DNA of 64,000 nucleotides from an uncultured delta proteobacterium (GTDB taxonomy: Bacteria; Desulfobacterota; Desulfobaccia; Desulfobaccales; 0-14-0-80-60-11). The notes under the pieces are model-generated. The model searched no databases. It was given only the letters and a program-made list of their open reading frames with translations, and was not told the origin of the DNA. The position numbers were made by a program, and so were the translations under genes. Location of the stretch: positions 331,096 to 395,095 of the forward strand of contig CAVPIX010000010.1 in the NCBI GenBank assembly GCA_963705115.1, written 5' to 3'. Shown one piece after another: positions 55,196 to 64,000 of this stretch. The first letter of the stretch is position 1, and every line of letters begins with the position of its first letter.

Positions 55196-55223
55196 GTAGG
55201 GGCGACGCATGCGTCGCCCCTAC
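55196..55223. repeat. GTAGGGGC...GCCCCTAC palindromic repeat
   Basis: GTAGGGGCGACGCATGCGTCGCCCCTAC. Confidence 0.8.
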
Positions 55224-55276
55224 CCGGGTCAAGATTTAAAGCTACAGTTTGTTACCTCTATGGCGGCAACTTGGTA

Positions 55277-56764
55277 TTAAACGAGCCACAAAATGACCCC
55301 GATAAAAAACGAGGCGGCCACCCCTAAGGGGATGGTGCGCCGCAGAATTTCCCCTTCCTGTCCCAGAGCGCCGCACATGGGGGTGGCCAGGGCGATTTTG
55401 AAGGGAGAGGAAATGGACCCGAGAGAGGCTCCCACCGTCAGGCCGCCGGCCAGCCAGACCGCGGACACCCCCAGCAGTTCGGCGGCGTGCACCTGCAACT
55501 CCCCGAAAAGCAGCAGAGAAGCCACGCCATAGCCGGTGAGAAAGGTGCCGGCCCAACCCAAAAGGGGCACGAACAGGGGATACCAATTGCCGGTCCAGGT
55601 TTTAAGCCCCGTGGCCAGGACCCAGGGGATATTGCTGGCCTGCTGCAAGTGCCCGAAGCCCTGGCCATAGCCGGAGTAGGCAATAACCTGGCCCATGGCC
55701 CCGAATAAGGCCATGGCCATGAGCGCCCGCCAGGCCTGCTTGAGGCCGCCAGCCATGACCTGGGACAGGCTGACCTTTGACCGGAACATGACCGCGGCCA
55801 CCCCGAAGGCCAGGAACAGATAGAGGTAAGCGGAAAAAAAGGGCGTCAGGGTAATCTGGTGAATGGGCACCACCTTCACCTGGAAGACCCAGCGGTTATG
55901 GGTGAGGTCCCAGAGCCCCGGCACCGTGTTGACCAGCAGGAGGGGCAGAAGGATGCAGGCGAAGGGGGCCAGATCCCGGGAGAGTTCCCCGGTCCAGGTC
56001 CACCGGCGGGGGCCCAGGAGCATGAGCAGAGCCATGAGGGCCAGCCCTCCCACCATCCCGGCCAGGGCCACCCCCAGGGTCAGGGTGGTCCCTAGGGCCA
56101 CCACACTCACCACCAGGGCGCTTCCCAAAACCGAGGGGAGAAAAGCCCAGCCCCCGTCCTCCCGGGGCAGATACCAGGGGATGCAGGCAGCCATGGCCAG
56201 GGTGGCGGGCACCGACAGCCAGGCCGTGGCCGCGCCCAGGGCCGCGAAGGGGAGGCCGGTGACCAAAGCCAGCACGGTGATAATGACCCCGGTCATTTCC
56301 ACGCTCATGAGACCGGCATAGCCGATGATGGACAGGGCCGCAGCCCCGGCCGGACTAACCCCGGCGGAGCGGAGCATGGGCGCCACCAAGGGCTCGGCAA
56401 TGACGCTGGCCCCTTCCAGGAAGTTGCAAATTCCCAGGCTGATGAACAGGTGCCGGTGGCGGGGGTGCCGCAGGCCCTGGGTAAAATACGCCACCAGGCG
56501 GTTTATGGAGCCGGAGGCCATGAGGAGATTGGAGAGGAGGATGCCGGCCAAGACCACCAGGAGCAGGGGGAGGGTGGTGACCAGGCCGTCCAGCGCGGCC
56601 CTGAGGATGACAGCCAGGGGGGTGTGGAAAGCCAAAAAGGCCAGCGCCGCAGTAAAGGCCACCCCATAGAGGGAGAGTTCCAGGGCCGGCCGCTTGAAGC
56701 CCACGGCCAGGACGGCCAGGACCAGGACGGGGCTCCAGCTCAAGAGGAAGGGGGATATGTCCAT
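55277..56764 (-). CDS. L-lactate permease (LctP) family transporter
   Basis: Polytopic protein. The C-terminal part, PLLGWAGTFLTG...LFGELQVHAAELLGVS...GGLTVGASLGSISSPFKIALA, parallels E. coli LldP ([20 protein letters not shown]..). Confidence 0.7.
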   Translation of the reverse strand: MDISPFLLSWSPVLVLAVLAVGFKRPALELSLYGVAFTAALAFLAFHTPLAVILRAALDGLVTTLPLLLVVLAGILLSNLLMASGSINRLVAYFTQGLRHPRHRHLFISLGICNFLEGASVIAEPLVAPMLRSAGVSPAGAAALSIIGYAGLMSVEMTGVIITVLALVTGLPFAALGAATAWLSVPATLAMAACIPWYLPREDGGWAFLPSVLGSALVVSVVALGTTLTLGVALAGMVGGLALMALLMLLGPRRWTWTGELSRDLAPFACILLPLLLVNTVPGLWDLTHNRWVFQVKVVPIHQITLTPFFSAYLYLFLAFGVAAVMFRSKVSLSQVMAGGLKQAWRALMAMALFGAMGQVIAYSGYGQGFGHLQQASNIPWVLATGLKTWTGNWYPLFVPLLGWAGTFLTGYGVASLLLFGELQVHAAELLGVSAVWLAGGLTVGASLGSISSPFKIALATPMCGALGQEGEILRRTIPLGVAASFFIGVILWLV

Positions 56765-56819
56765 CTCTAGAGGCCTATGCGAAAATCCCTTTTTCTCCCA
56801 ACAGTTCTCAGGGAAACTT

Positions 56820-56916
56820 TATACTCGTTGCCAAACGTATTTTCTTCCCCCTCACCCTCTCCCCCCTCGTTGGGGGGAGGGGGGATTTAAGGAAAGATCT
56901 TTTGGCAAACGGTATA
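56820..56916. repeat. Palindromic element TATACTCGTTGCCAAA...CCCTCTCC..GGGGAGGGG...TTTGGCAAACGGTATA
   Basis: The same family as the inner element at about 44132-44215. A half copy lies at about 57141-57195. Confidence 0.7.
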
Positions 56917-57011
56917 TATCTGGTCAAACCGAGAGCAGACCAATCCTCCCTGACAAGTAGTGTCCGGTAGGGTTTTGGCAAGCCTCGTTTCATTTGAAAT
57001 AAAGAAAAAAT

Positions 57012-57064
57012 GTAGCTGCGAGGCTCAAGCCTCGCGCCAGCACAGGCGAGACGCCTGTGCCACC
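57012..57064. repeat. Double-hairpin repeat (GTAGCTGCGAGGC.. / CACAGG..CCTGTGCCACC)
   Basis: Paralogue of 14224-14275 and 34016-34067. Confidence 0.75.
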
Positions 57065-57237
57065 ATAATCTCCTGTCAAATTGAGGGCATAAGGCAAAGA
57101 TGGAAAGTGAAAAAATCGACCGCTTTCTTCCCCGCCTAACAAGTATACTCGTTGCCAAAAGCTTTTTCTTTCCCCCCTTACCCTCACCCCCTTTCCAGGA
57201 TGGCCGTAAAGGTATTATTCCCCTCCCCCGCAGTTCC

Positions 57238-58368
57238 CTAAGCCAATCTTCTCCGGAAGCGCAGCACACTCAGGGCCAGGAGGGCAAGCCCCAGGATGGT
57301 CATGCCCGCCATTTGGGGCCAGAGGATGGCCAGGCCGTCCCCTCTCAGGAAAATGCCCTGCACCACCACCACGAAATAGCGCAAGGGATTGAGATAGGTA
57401 AGGTACTGGAAGAACAGGGGCATGTTGGGTATGGGGAAGATAAGCCCGGAAAGGAGGATGGCCGGGGTGAAGAAAAAGGTGCCCGCCATCATGGCCTGCT
57501 GCTGGGTGGAGGAGACGGTGGAGATGAAAAGCCCCAGACCCACGGAATTAAACAAAAAGGTGATGGCCCCCAGAAAAAGGATCACCAGGCTCCCCCGGAG
57601 AGGGACCTCGAACCAGAACACCCCCACCAGGATCACCAGCACCATGTCAAAAAGGGAGATAAGGATAAAGGGAATGGTTTTCCCCAGCATGAATTCCACC
57701 GGGCGGATGGGGGACACCAGGATCTGCTCCATGGTGCCGATCTCTTTTTCCCGAACCACGGCCAGGGCGGTGAGCATGAGGCTCACCAGCATGACCACCA
57801 TGGCGATGACCCCGGGGACGAAGGAATAGCGGCTGCTCAGATTGGCGTTGAACCAGGCCCGGTTCTCGACGGCCACGGGAATATTGAGGCCCTGGACCGC
57901 GCCCAGGCGGGCCAGGCGCTCCTGCATGATTTCCAGGGAAAACTCGGAGATGACGTTCATGGCGTAGCGGCCCACGATAAGCGCGGCGTTGCTGTCGGTG
58001 GCGTCGACGATGACCTGGACCGGGGCCGTTTGACTGGACTTGAGCAGACGGGCGAAATCATAGGGGAGGCGCAGGGCCATGGTGACCCGGTTGTCGTCAA
58101 TCAGACGCCGCAGTTCATCCTCGGTTTGAATGAAGTATTTGAGGGCAAAGTACTCCGAGGATGCGAACCGGGAGATGAGGCGGCGGCTTTCGGCACTGTG
58201 GTCCTGGTCATAGATGGCGGTGGGCACGCGCTTGATATCGAAATTGATGGCGTAACCGTAGGCAATGAGCTGGATGATGGGGGGCAAAAAAATAAACAGC
58301 CGCAGCTTCTTGTCCCGGAGAACCTGAATAAATTCTTTGCGGATGAGGTGACGGAGGCGGCGGAGCAT
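57238..58368 (-). CDS. ABC-2 type transporter permease (YbhR/YbhS-like)
   Basis: N-terminal cytoplasmic segment and TM1, a large periplasmic loop, then 5 C-terminal TM helices. It is a paralogue of the upstream gene. Confidence 0.85.
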   Translation of the reverse strand: MLRRLRHLIRKEFIQVLRDKKLRLFIFLPPIIQLIAYGYAINFDIKRVPTAIYDQDHSAESRRLISRFASSEYFALKYFIQTEDELRRLIDDNRVTMALRLPYDFARLLKSSQTAPVQVIVDATDSNAALIVGRYAMNVISEFSLEIMQERLARLGAVQGLNIPVAVENRAWFNANLSSRYSFVPGVIAMVVMLVSLMLTALAVVREKEIGTMEQILVSPIRPVEFMLGKTIPFILISLFDMVLVILVGVFWFEVPLRGSLVILFLGAITFLFNSVGLGLFISTVSSTQQQAMMAGTFFFTPAILLSGLIFPIPNMPLFFQYLTYLNPLRYFVVVVQGIFLRGDGLAILWPQMAGMTILGLALLALSVLRFRRRLA

Positions 58369-58378
58369 GATTTATGCC

Positions 58379-58410
58379 GGTTTTCGGTTTTCGGTTTTCA
58401 GTTTTCGGTT
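58379..58410. repeat. Tandem heptamer GGTTTTC x4.5
   Basis: ggttttc ggttttc ggttttc agttttc ggtt. It lies between the intra-operon hairpin and the start codon at 58368 (minus strand reads GAAAACC repeats). Confidence 0.8.
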
Positions 58411-58447
58411 AAAAAAAAATGGAGCCTCGGAAGCCGCTGTTCTCCAT
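58411..58447 (-). terminator. Intra-operon terminator/attenuator-like hairpin + U9
   Basis: Minus strand: AUGGAG (58447-58442) pairs with CUCCAU (58424-58419), with an inner CGG/CCG stem, followed by U9 (58419-58411). It lies 26 nt after the upstream permease stop. Confidence 0.45.
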
Positions 58448-58473
58448 GATTTTTGTAAAGGTCTCACCTTGTA

Positions 58474-59607
58474 TTACCCGATTTTGTGCCGGAACTTGCG
58501 GATAGCCAGAGCCAGGAAAAAGACCGCAAAAAACACCAGCATCAGGGCCGAGGGCCACAGAACCTCCAGGCCCACCCCCTTGAGGTAGACGCCCTTGGCG
58601 ATGGTGACGAGATACCGGGCCGGGACCACAAAGGAAGCCACTTGCAGGAAGGCAGGCATCAAAGGAATGGCAAAGACGAACCCGGACAGGAGGAAAGCCG
58701 GCAAAAAGGTGATGAGGGTGGCCATCTGGTAGGCCTGCAACTGGTTTTCCGAGAGGATGGAAATGAGCATCCCCAAGCCCAGCATGACCACCAGGAAGAC
58801 TGCGGACAGAATGACATACAGAATAATGCTGCCTTTGAGGGGCACCTGAAAGAGAAACTCCCCCATGGCTACGGCAATGGCCAGGTCCAGGAGGCCCAGG
58901 AGGAAATAGGGACCGAGCTTGCCCAAAATGAGCTCGGCTTTGTGGAGAGGCGTGGCCAAGAGGCTCTCCATGCTGCCCCGCTCCACTTCCCGGACAATGG
59001 TGAGCGCGGTGAGGAGAGCCCCCACCATGGTCATGATGATGACAATGAGGCCGGGAATAATAAAATTTTTGCTCTCCAGGTCTTCATTGAACCAGAAACG
59101 CAGGCGGGGCGTCACCGGGGTGCTGGCCTCGACAATACCCTTCTGGTTGAGTCTTTCCACCATGACCTTCTGGTTATAATCCTGGACCACCCCTTGGACA
59201 TAACCCTGGATAATGTTGGCGGTATTGGCGTCGGTGCCGTCCAGGATGGCCTGAATCTTGGCGGTCTCTCCAGACTTGAGGCTTCGGGAAAAATCATGAG
59301 GGACCACTAGGGCCAGGCGGATATCCCGGGCGTCAATGAGGCTGCGAATCTCCTCATAGCTCGAGACGTAATGGCGCAGATCGAAATAGCGGCTGCCCTG
59401 AAAGTTCTTCAGGAATCCCTGGCTGATGCGGGTGTGGTCCTGATCAAAGACCGCGGTGGGCACGTGCATAATGTCGAAGGTCAGGGCGTAGCCGTACAGA
59501 ACGAGGAGCATCACCGGCAGGAGGATGACCTGGACAAGGCTTTGGTAGTCCCGGCGGATGTGGATGAGCTCTTTTCTGAAGATGGCCCCGGTGCGCCTCA
59601 GGTCCAT
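58474..59607 (-). CDS. ABC-2 type transporter permease (YbhS/YbhR-like)
   Basis: Same architecture as 57238..58368. Its start abuts the ATPase stop. Confidence 0.85.
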   Translation of the reverse strand: MDLRRTGAIFRKELIHIRRDYQSLVQVILLPVMLLVLYGYALTFDIMHVPTAVFDQDHTRISQGFLKNFQGSRYFDLRHYVSSYEEIRSLIDARDIRLALVVPHDFSRSLKSGETAKIQAILDGTDANTANIIQGYVQGVVQDYNQKVMVERLNQKGIVEASTPVTPRLRFWFNEDLESKNFIIPGLIVIIMTMVGALLTALTIVREVERGSMESLLATPLHKAELILGKLGPYFLLGLLDLAIAVAMGEFLFQVPLKGSIILYVILSAVFLVVMLGLGMLISILSENQLQAYQMATLITFLPAFLLSGFVFAIPLMPAFLQVASFVVPARYLVTIAKGVYLKGVGLEVLWPSALMLVFFAVFFLALAIRKFRHKIG

Positions 59608-59608
59608 A

Positions 59609-60547
59609 TCAACCCTCCCCGGCCCGCTGGATGAGGGAAATGAAGGCGTCCTCCAGTGAGGGGGTAATGCGGGTGAGACGCCGGACGTTGATGCCGGCTT
59701 GAGCGAGACTCTGGCGTAAGGCCTTTTCCGCCTCCTCCGGGCGGAGGGTGGCCACGTGGAGGCCGTCCCCGAAGACTGCGGCCTCCCCCAGTTCGGGGAT
59801 GCCGCGGGCCACCTCCAGGGCCTCCCCCAGGCGGTCGGGGTAGACGGCCAGGATGGTTTCCGGCAGGGAGCCCTTCAGGTCCCGGGGCGAACCGGCGGCA
59901 ATGACCCGGCCCTGGTAAATGAGGACCAGGCGGTCGCAGAATTCGGCTTCATCCATGTAGTGGGTGGTGACCAGAACGGTCACCCCTTGGGCGGCCATGG
60001 CGTAGATGAGGTCCCAAAAATTACGGCGGGAGATGGGGTCCACCCCGCTGGTGGGTTCATCCAGGAAAAGGATGGAGGGCTCGTGCAGCATCGCGGAGGC
60101 CAGGGCCAGGCGCTGCCTGAGCCCCAGGGCCAGGTCCCGGGTGAGGTCCCGGCGCCGGTCGCTGAGGCCCACCAAGGCCAGGGCCTCATCAAGACGCGTC
60201 GCCAGCCTGTCAGGGGGGAGGCCGTAAACCCCGCCGAAAAAGGAGAGATTTTCTTCGGCGGTGAGGTCTTCGTACAGGGAAAAGCGCTGGGACATGTAGC
60301 CGATGCGGGCTTTGATGCGGTCATGGTCCCGGACGATGTGGAGGCCGTCCACCCAGCCCTCGCCGGCGCTGGGGAGCAGCAGACCGTTTAGCATGCGGAT
60401 GGTGGTGGACTTGCCCGCGCCGTTGGGGCCCAGAAAGCCGAAAATTTCCCCCCGGGCCACCGTGAAGCTGACGTTGTCCACGGCCCGGAATTTCCCGAAA
60501 TCCCGGGTGAGGTTTTTTACCTCAATGGCGGGTCCATGGGCGTTCAT
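59609..60547 (-). CDS. ABC transporter ATP-binding protein (YbhF/DrrA-like)
   Basis: Walker A GPNGAGKST, signature LALGLRQRLALA and Walker B ILFLDEPTSGVD. Confidence 0.9.
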   Translation of the reverse strand: MNAHGPAIEVKNLTRDFGKFRAVDNVSFTVARGEIFGFLGPNGAGKSTTIRMLNGLLLPSAGEGWVDGLHIVRDHDRIKARIGYMSQRFSLYEDLTAEENLSFFGGVYGLPPDRLATRLDEALALVGLSDRRRDLTRDLALGLRQRLALASAMLHEPSILFLDEPTSGVDPISRRNFWDLIYAMAAQGVTVLVTTHYMDEAEFCDRLVLIYQGRVIAAGSPRDLKGSLPETILAVYPDRLGEALEVARGIPELGEAAVFGDGLHVATLRPEEAEKALRQSLAQAGINVRRLTRITPSLEDAFISLIQRAGEG

Positions 60548-60622
60548 GGTCTTGGGGAGTATCGGGATAATCGGGGAAAAGTATGTGGCAATGTCAAGGG
60601 ATTCACAGGTCAGAAAGTGTGG

Positions 60623-60669
60623 GGTGCGCTCGGCGCACCAGGCTGGCGGGCAGGGACGCCCGCCCCACC
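60623..60669. repeat. Two-hairpin composite repeat, same orientation as 8011-8058
   Basis: GGTGCGCTCGGCGCACCAGGCTGGCGGGCAGGGACGCCCGCCCCACC. Confidence 0.8.
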
Positions 60670-60861
60670 GGCCATTGTACCTTTATCAGTTAAGGACCAT
60701 AGGGCGGGAAAACGAAGCGCATCCCGCCTTGGGGATATTGCGGGCACGGGTGAGGACACCTGCGACCTCGGCTTCTTCATGGTTTTTTAGAGAGACTCTC
60801 ATCTCGTCCCCAAGCGGGGGCTTGGGAACCAGGAGGGCAGGCTTATACTTACGGGCAGACT

Positions 60862-61866
60862 CTAACCCCCCGCTTTCGGCGGTTGATCCACAAAAATCCG
60901 TGCTTCCGCGGGCATGCCGGGTTTCAATTCGTGATTTGGGTTTTCCACCCGGATCTTGGTGCGATACACCAGGGTGACCCGCTCCTTGAAGGTTTCCACA
61001 CTCTTGGGAGTGAACTCGGCCTTGGCGGCAATGTAGGAAACCCAGGCCGGATAGCGTTTGCCCGGATAGGTGTCGGTGGTGACTTCGGCCTTTTGCTGGT
61101 AACGTACCCGGGCCAAATCGGTTTCCGGAATGTAGCCCTCGAAATAGGCGTGGTCCAGATCCCCCAGGGTGAGGACGGTGGCCCCCACCGCCGCCACCTG
61201 GCCGGGTTCCATGGGGCGGGCCAGGGCCACCCCGGTGACGGGAGAGGTGATGGTGGCGTAGCCGAGGCGGGTCTGGGCCAGTTCCAGGTTGGCCTGGGCC
61301 TGCCGGAAGTCGGCCCGGGCCGCGTCGATGTCCTCCCGGCGGAAACCGGCCTTGAAAAGATTATAATTCTCCTGGGCCCGGCGCAGGGCCTCCTGGGCCA
61401 TGCGGTAGGCGGCTTCGGATTTGTCCCGGGTGGAGGCGGGGACCACTTTGCGCTCGAACAGATTCTGCATGCGCTGAAAATCTTTGGCCTTCTCGTCAAA
61501 GTCGGCCTGGGCCTGGGCCGTTGCGGCCTGGGCCTCCCGCACCTCCTGGGGCCGGTAGCCGGCCTCCAGTTTGGCCAGGTTGGCCCGGGCGGCAGCCAGG
61601 CGGGATTGGGCCGCATCCACTTCCCGGCGCAAATCCTGGGATTCCAGTTCGGCCACCACCTCCCCGGCCTTGACCTCCTGGCCTTCCTCGAAGTTAATGG
61701 CCGCGATTTTTCCCGGCACCTTAAAGCCCAGATCGGTTTCGGTGGCCTCGATGTGGCCGGCCAGGCGCAAGACACCGGGGATTTTTTTTTCAGCGCCCCA
61801 ATAGAACCAATATCCCAGGGCGAGTACCGCCCCCAGCAGGACCACCGCGAGAAGGATGCGTTTCAC
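60862..61866 (-). CDS. HlyD-family membrane fusion protein (YbhG-like)
   Basis: N-terminal anchor, a lipoyl-like hairpin (GKIAAINFEEGQEVKAGEVVAEL), long coiled coils, and SPVTGVAL..GMPAEARI. Confidence 0.85.
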   Translation of the reverse strand: MKRILLAVVLLGAVLALGYWFYWGAEKKIPGVLRLAGHIEATETDLGFKVPGKIAAINFEEGQEVKAGEVVAELESQDLRREVDAAQSRLAAARANLAKLEAGYRPQEVREAQAATAQAQADFDEKAKDFQRMQNLFERKVVPASTRDKSEAAYRMAQEALRRAQENYNLFKAGFRREDIDAARADFRQAQANLELAQTRLGYATITSPVTGVALARPMEPGQVAAVGATVLTLGDLDHAYFEGYIPETDLARVRYQQKAEVTTDTYPGKRYPAWVSYIAAKAEFTPKSVETFKERVTLVYRTKIRVENPNHELKPGMPAEARIFVDQPPKAGG

Positions 61867-61919
61867 TGAAATGCCTTTTTGGGAAAGTCTGGCCCATCCC
61901 TACCCCCTTGGTACCCCTT

Positions 61920-61967
61920 GTAGGGGCTTGATTCATCAAGCCCAATGGGCGCAATGAATTGCGCCCC
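61920..61967. repeat. Double GTAGGGGC-type hairpin unit, inverted copy of 25649-25699
   Basis: GTAGGGGCTTGATTCATCAAGCCC + GGGCGCAATGAATTGCGCCCC. Confidence 0.8.
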
Positions 61968-62090
61968 AACAGGGTTAGGGGAGCAAGATGGAGACATGGG
62001 GGCAGGAATTCACCCCCCTAAGCCCACCTCACAAAGCCTCATTACAATTATTGCAAGGTGAACCATCAGGATGATGGCAATAAGCCGAAG

Positions 62091-63074
62091 TTAAGGTTTT
62101 CCCTGAATACCTTGCCTGGGATCGCCCTCCTTTTCCTGGGAAATCCCACTCAAGTTTCTTTCTGCCGGCTGGCGCACTTCGATGGTGGCCTTGAGGCCCT
62201 CCTTCAGGACCAGATCCGGGTTTTCCACTTTGAATTCCACATCGTAGTAGGTGGGATGTTCCAGGGTGATGACGGGCGGGGCCCAGGGGAGGCGGCTGAT
62301 CTGGGCATTGAACTTTTGGCCGGGAAGGGACTCAATGGTAATGTCGGCCTTGTCCCCCACCTGGAGCTTCAGGGCCTCGATTTCGTGGACCTGGGCTCTG
62401 AGCAGCATGGGGTCCATGACACCCACCATGAGGACCGGCATGCCTCCGGCCAGTTGTGCCCCCTTCCTGAGGTCGGGGTGCATCCAGACCACGTGCCCGT
62501 CGATGGGCGCCACCAACACCCCTTCTTTCGGAACCTGGCCGGATTTAAAGGAAACACCCAATTGTTTCCGGGCCAGGGCTTCTTCTTCACTGGTGGTTCT
62601 TTCCGCCTGCTCGAGGGCCTCCTGGAGAACCGAGCGCTGCTTTCTCAGGGCCTGGATTTCTTCCTCCACCTGGGTCAGGCTCTGGGGGGCGGCCAGATTT
62701 TGCTTGGACAAGGCCGTGAGGGTGTTTTGCTTATTTTTGAGGGTGGTGAGGCCCTTGTCGACTTCCGCCAGCCGGGCTTTCAGATCCGTAATCTGGGTAG
62801 GCAGCAGGCGGCGGCGCATGGCCTGGACAGACTCGGGCAGCAGGCGGTAACGCCCCAGGATTTCCCCCTCTTTCACCTTTTGGCCGGGCTGCGCCTTCAG
62901 GGAGATGATGTCGCCGGCCACCGGCAGCATCACCGGCCGCTTCAGGTAACAAACCAGCTTGCCGGTGAAATTGAGTGGGGCCCCGTGGGCCGGCGGGACG
63001 GCGCCGTCCAGGAATGAGGACAGGGTGATGCCCACGACCGCGATAAACACCAAAAAATTTCTGATATTTCTCAT
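62091..63074 (-). CDS. Second HlyD/RND-adaptor-like periplasmic protein
   Basis: MRNIRNFLVFIAVVGITL anchor, GDIISLKAQPGQKVKEGEILG, a coiled coil, and APIDGHVV..VGDKADITIESLPGQKF. The Met at 63074 is chosen because the listed start at 63260 overlaps the upstream gene. Confidence 0.75.
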   Translation of the reverse strand: MRNIRNFLVFIAVVGITLSSFLDGAVPPAHGAPLNFTGKLVCYLKRPVMLPVAGDIISLKAQPGQKVKEGEILGRYRLLPESVQAMRRRLLPTQITDLKARLAEVDKGLTTLKNKQNTLTALSKQNLAAPQSLTQVEEEIQALRKQRSVLQEALEQAERTTSEEEALARKQLGVSFKSGQVPKEGVLVAPIDGHVVWMHPDLRKGAQLAGGMPVLMVGVMDPMLLRAQVHEIEALKLQVGDKADITIESLPGQKFNAQISRLPWAPPVITLEHPTYYDVEFKVENPDLVLKEGLKATIEVRQPAERNLSGISQEKEGDPRQGIQGKP

Positions 63075-63114
63075 AAGTAATTGGTAGTTATGGTCAAGCA
63101 ATGGCCTGGCCAGG

Positions 63115-64000
63115 TCACTTTTTAAACTGGTTTTCATGCGCGTAATGATACACCAGATCCCCGGACAGATGGCGCAATTCCAGCACGGCCAGGTCGTAAT
63201 CCAGGCCCTTTTTGACGGCTTCCGTCTGGGCCTTGACCCGGGCTTGCCGACCCGCCACAAGTATGGAGAAATCCTTTTCCGCGGAACGGTACAGGGTTTC
63301 CCCCTGGGTCTCCTTAAGTTTGGCCAGGTCGGCCTGGGCCTGGGCCACGCGCAGGGCCGCAGCCGCGTTGTTCAGCTTTTCCTCAGCCTCCCCCCATTTC
63401 TGGGATAGTTCGGAAGTCTTCACTTCTTCTTCGGAGGCATACTGCTCGAGGACGGTCTTCTGACGGTCAATGTTCCTGAGTCTCTTAAAACCGTCAAAAA
63501 TCGGGAAGCTCAAACCCACGGAAAAAAACGTGCCCCGGGCGCTGGTCAAGGTCAGGGGGTCGGGACTTTGCAAAGACAGGTTGAGGCTGGGCAGGAATTT
63601 CATCTTGGCCAGGGACACATTATAGGTTTGCAGCTCTTTGGTCATTCTCTTGATGCGCACGTCAAAGGAGCGCTCCTCGGCTTGTTGCAGACCAGCCTTT
63701 TTCGGTTGGAAATCCCCCAGCACCTGGCGCCGGGCCGAACTCACCTCCAGGCGCAGGGACTGGTCCGGTTTCAGGCCCATGAAGTCGCGGATGGCGCGGC
63801 GCAGGCTGCCCTGGCTGGCCTTCATGGCTTCCAGTTCCGCTGCGGCCACCTCCGCTTCCTGGTTGGCGATCTGGACTTCCATAGGGGTCAGCTCCCCCAG
63901 CTTCTGACGCTCCCGGGCATAACGCACACTCTCCCGGGCCAGATCAACCGCCTGCCCCTTCAACTTAATAAGGTTTTCCAAGGCGTTCAGTTCCAGAAAG
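63115..64000 (-). CDS. TolC-family outer membrane efflux protein, 5' end off-window
   Basis: Coiled-coil/beta pattern typical of OEP repeats (..LSLQSPDPLTLTSARGTFFSVGLSFPIFDGFKRL..). The frame stays open through base 64000 (..FLELNALENLIKLKG). Confidence 0.75.
   Translation of the reverse strand, partial: FLELNALENLIKLKGQAVDLARESVRYARERQKLGELTPMEVQIANQEAEVAAAELEAMKASQGSLRRAIRDFMGLKPDQSLRLEVSSARRQVLGDFQPKKAGLQQAEERSFDVRIKRMTKELQTYNVSLAKMKFLPSLNLSLQSPDPLTLTSARGTFFSVGLSFPIFDGFKRLRNIDRQKTVLEQYASEEEVKTSELSQKWGEAEEKLNNAAAALRVAQAQADLAKLKETQGETLYRSAEKDFSILVAGRQARVKAQTEAVKKGLDYDLAVLELRHLSGDLVYHYAHENQFKK

Noticed and set aside
57100-58449. 449-aa ORF on the plus strand rich in H/G/D/E
   Set aside because: It is antisense to the ABC-2 permease (57238-58368), which has a coherent TM architecture and a paralogue next door. 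Its 5' end lies in repeat DNA.
1-64000. Search by eye for tRNA, rRNA, tmRNA, RNase P and known riboswitch consensus sequences
   Set aside because: I recognised none. This is a weak negative, because no covariance-model scan could be run.

Overview
High-GC bacterial chromosomal segment. A complete dsrMKJOP operon with an RsbRD_N-type gene, plus iorAB/paaK/liv and hypFCDE genes, points to a sulfate/sulfite-reducing Desulfobacterota-like organism; this lineage call is an inference. All calls come from by-eye motif recognition on the supplied ORF track and sequence, with no searches run.

Gene order, left to right:
- a 5'-partial tandem-repeat protein;
- a broken tyrosine recombinase welded to a group II intron stub that sits just after a terminator;
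- a GAF protein;
- a secreted FecR protein divergent from a CHASE2 class III cyclase;
- a PPTase;
- a cytoplasmic thermolysin-like zincin translationally coupled to a ComEC-type MBL hydrolase, followed by a patatin lipase;
- a small DUF4157-like zincin, a ModE-type HTH protein, a CMD/AhpD-like protein and a Gly-zipper lipoprotein;
- an AT-rich 1.4-kb non-coding stretch holding a tandemly duplicated structured leader plus micro-ORF, directly upstream of radical SAM/SPASM -> FecR-TPR-beta-barrel -> a second CHASE2 cyclase;
- dsrMKJOP, an O-methyltransferase and a CpsB-like PHP phosphatase;
- iorAB-livM-livG ... a livF::paaK fusion;
- cdd, a 1.7-kb AT-rich islet with three coupled unknown ORFs, comM/yifB and a class II photolyase;
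- hypF(C)(D)(E), an LctP-family permease, and a TolC/HlyD/HlyD/ABC/ABC-2 x2 efflux operon.

Nearly every intergenic spacer, including spacers inside operons, is filled with at least six families of palindromic repeats and 131-bp MITE-like elements, which create many spurious ORFs. Six single-base frameshifts cluster in three genes: rSAM, FecR-TPR-OMP and hypF. I recognised no rRNA, tRNA or CRISPR array.

The best candidates for something undescribed are the duplicated leader/micro-ORF + rSAM + FecR/OMP + CHASE2 cyclase locus, the zincin-MBL-patatin cluster, and the AT-rich three-gene islet.
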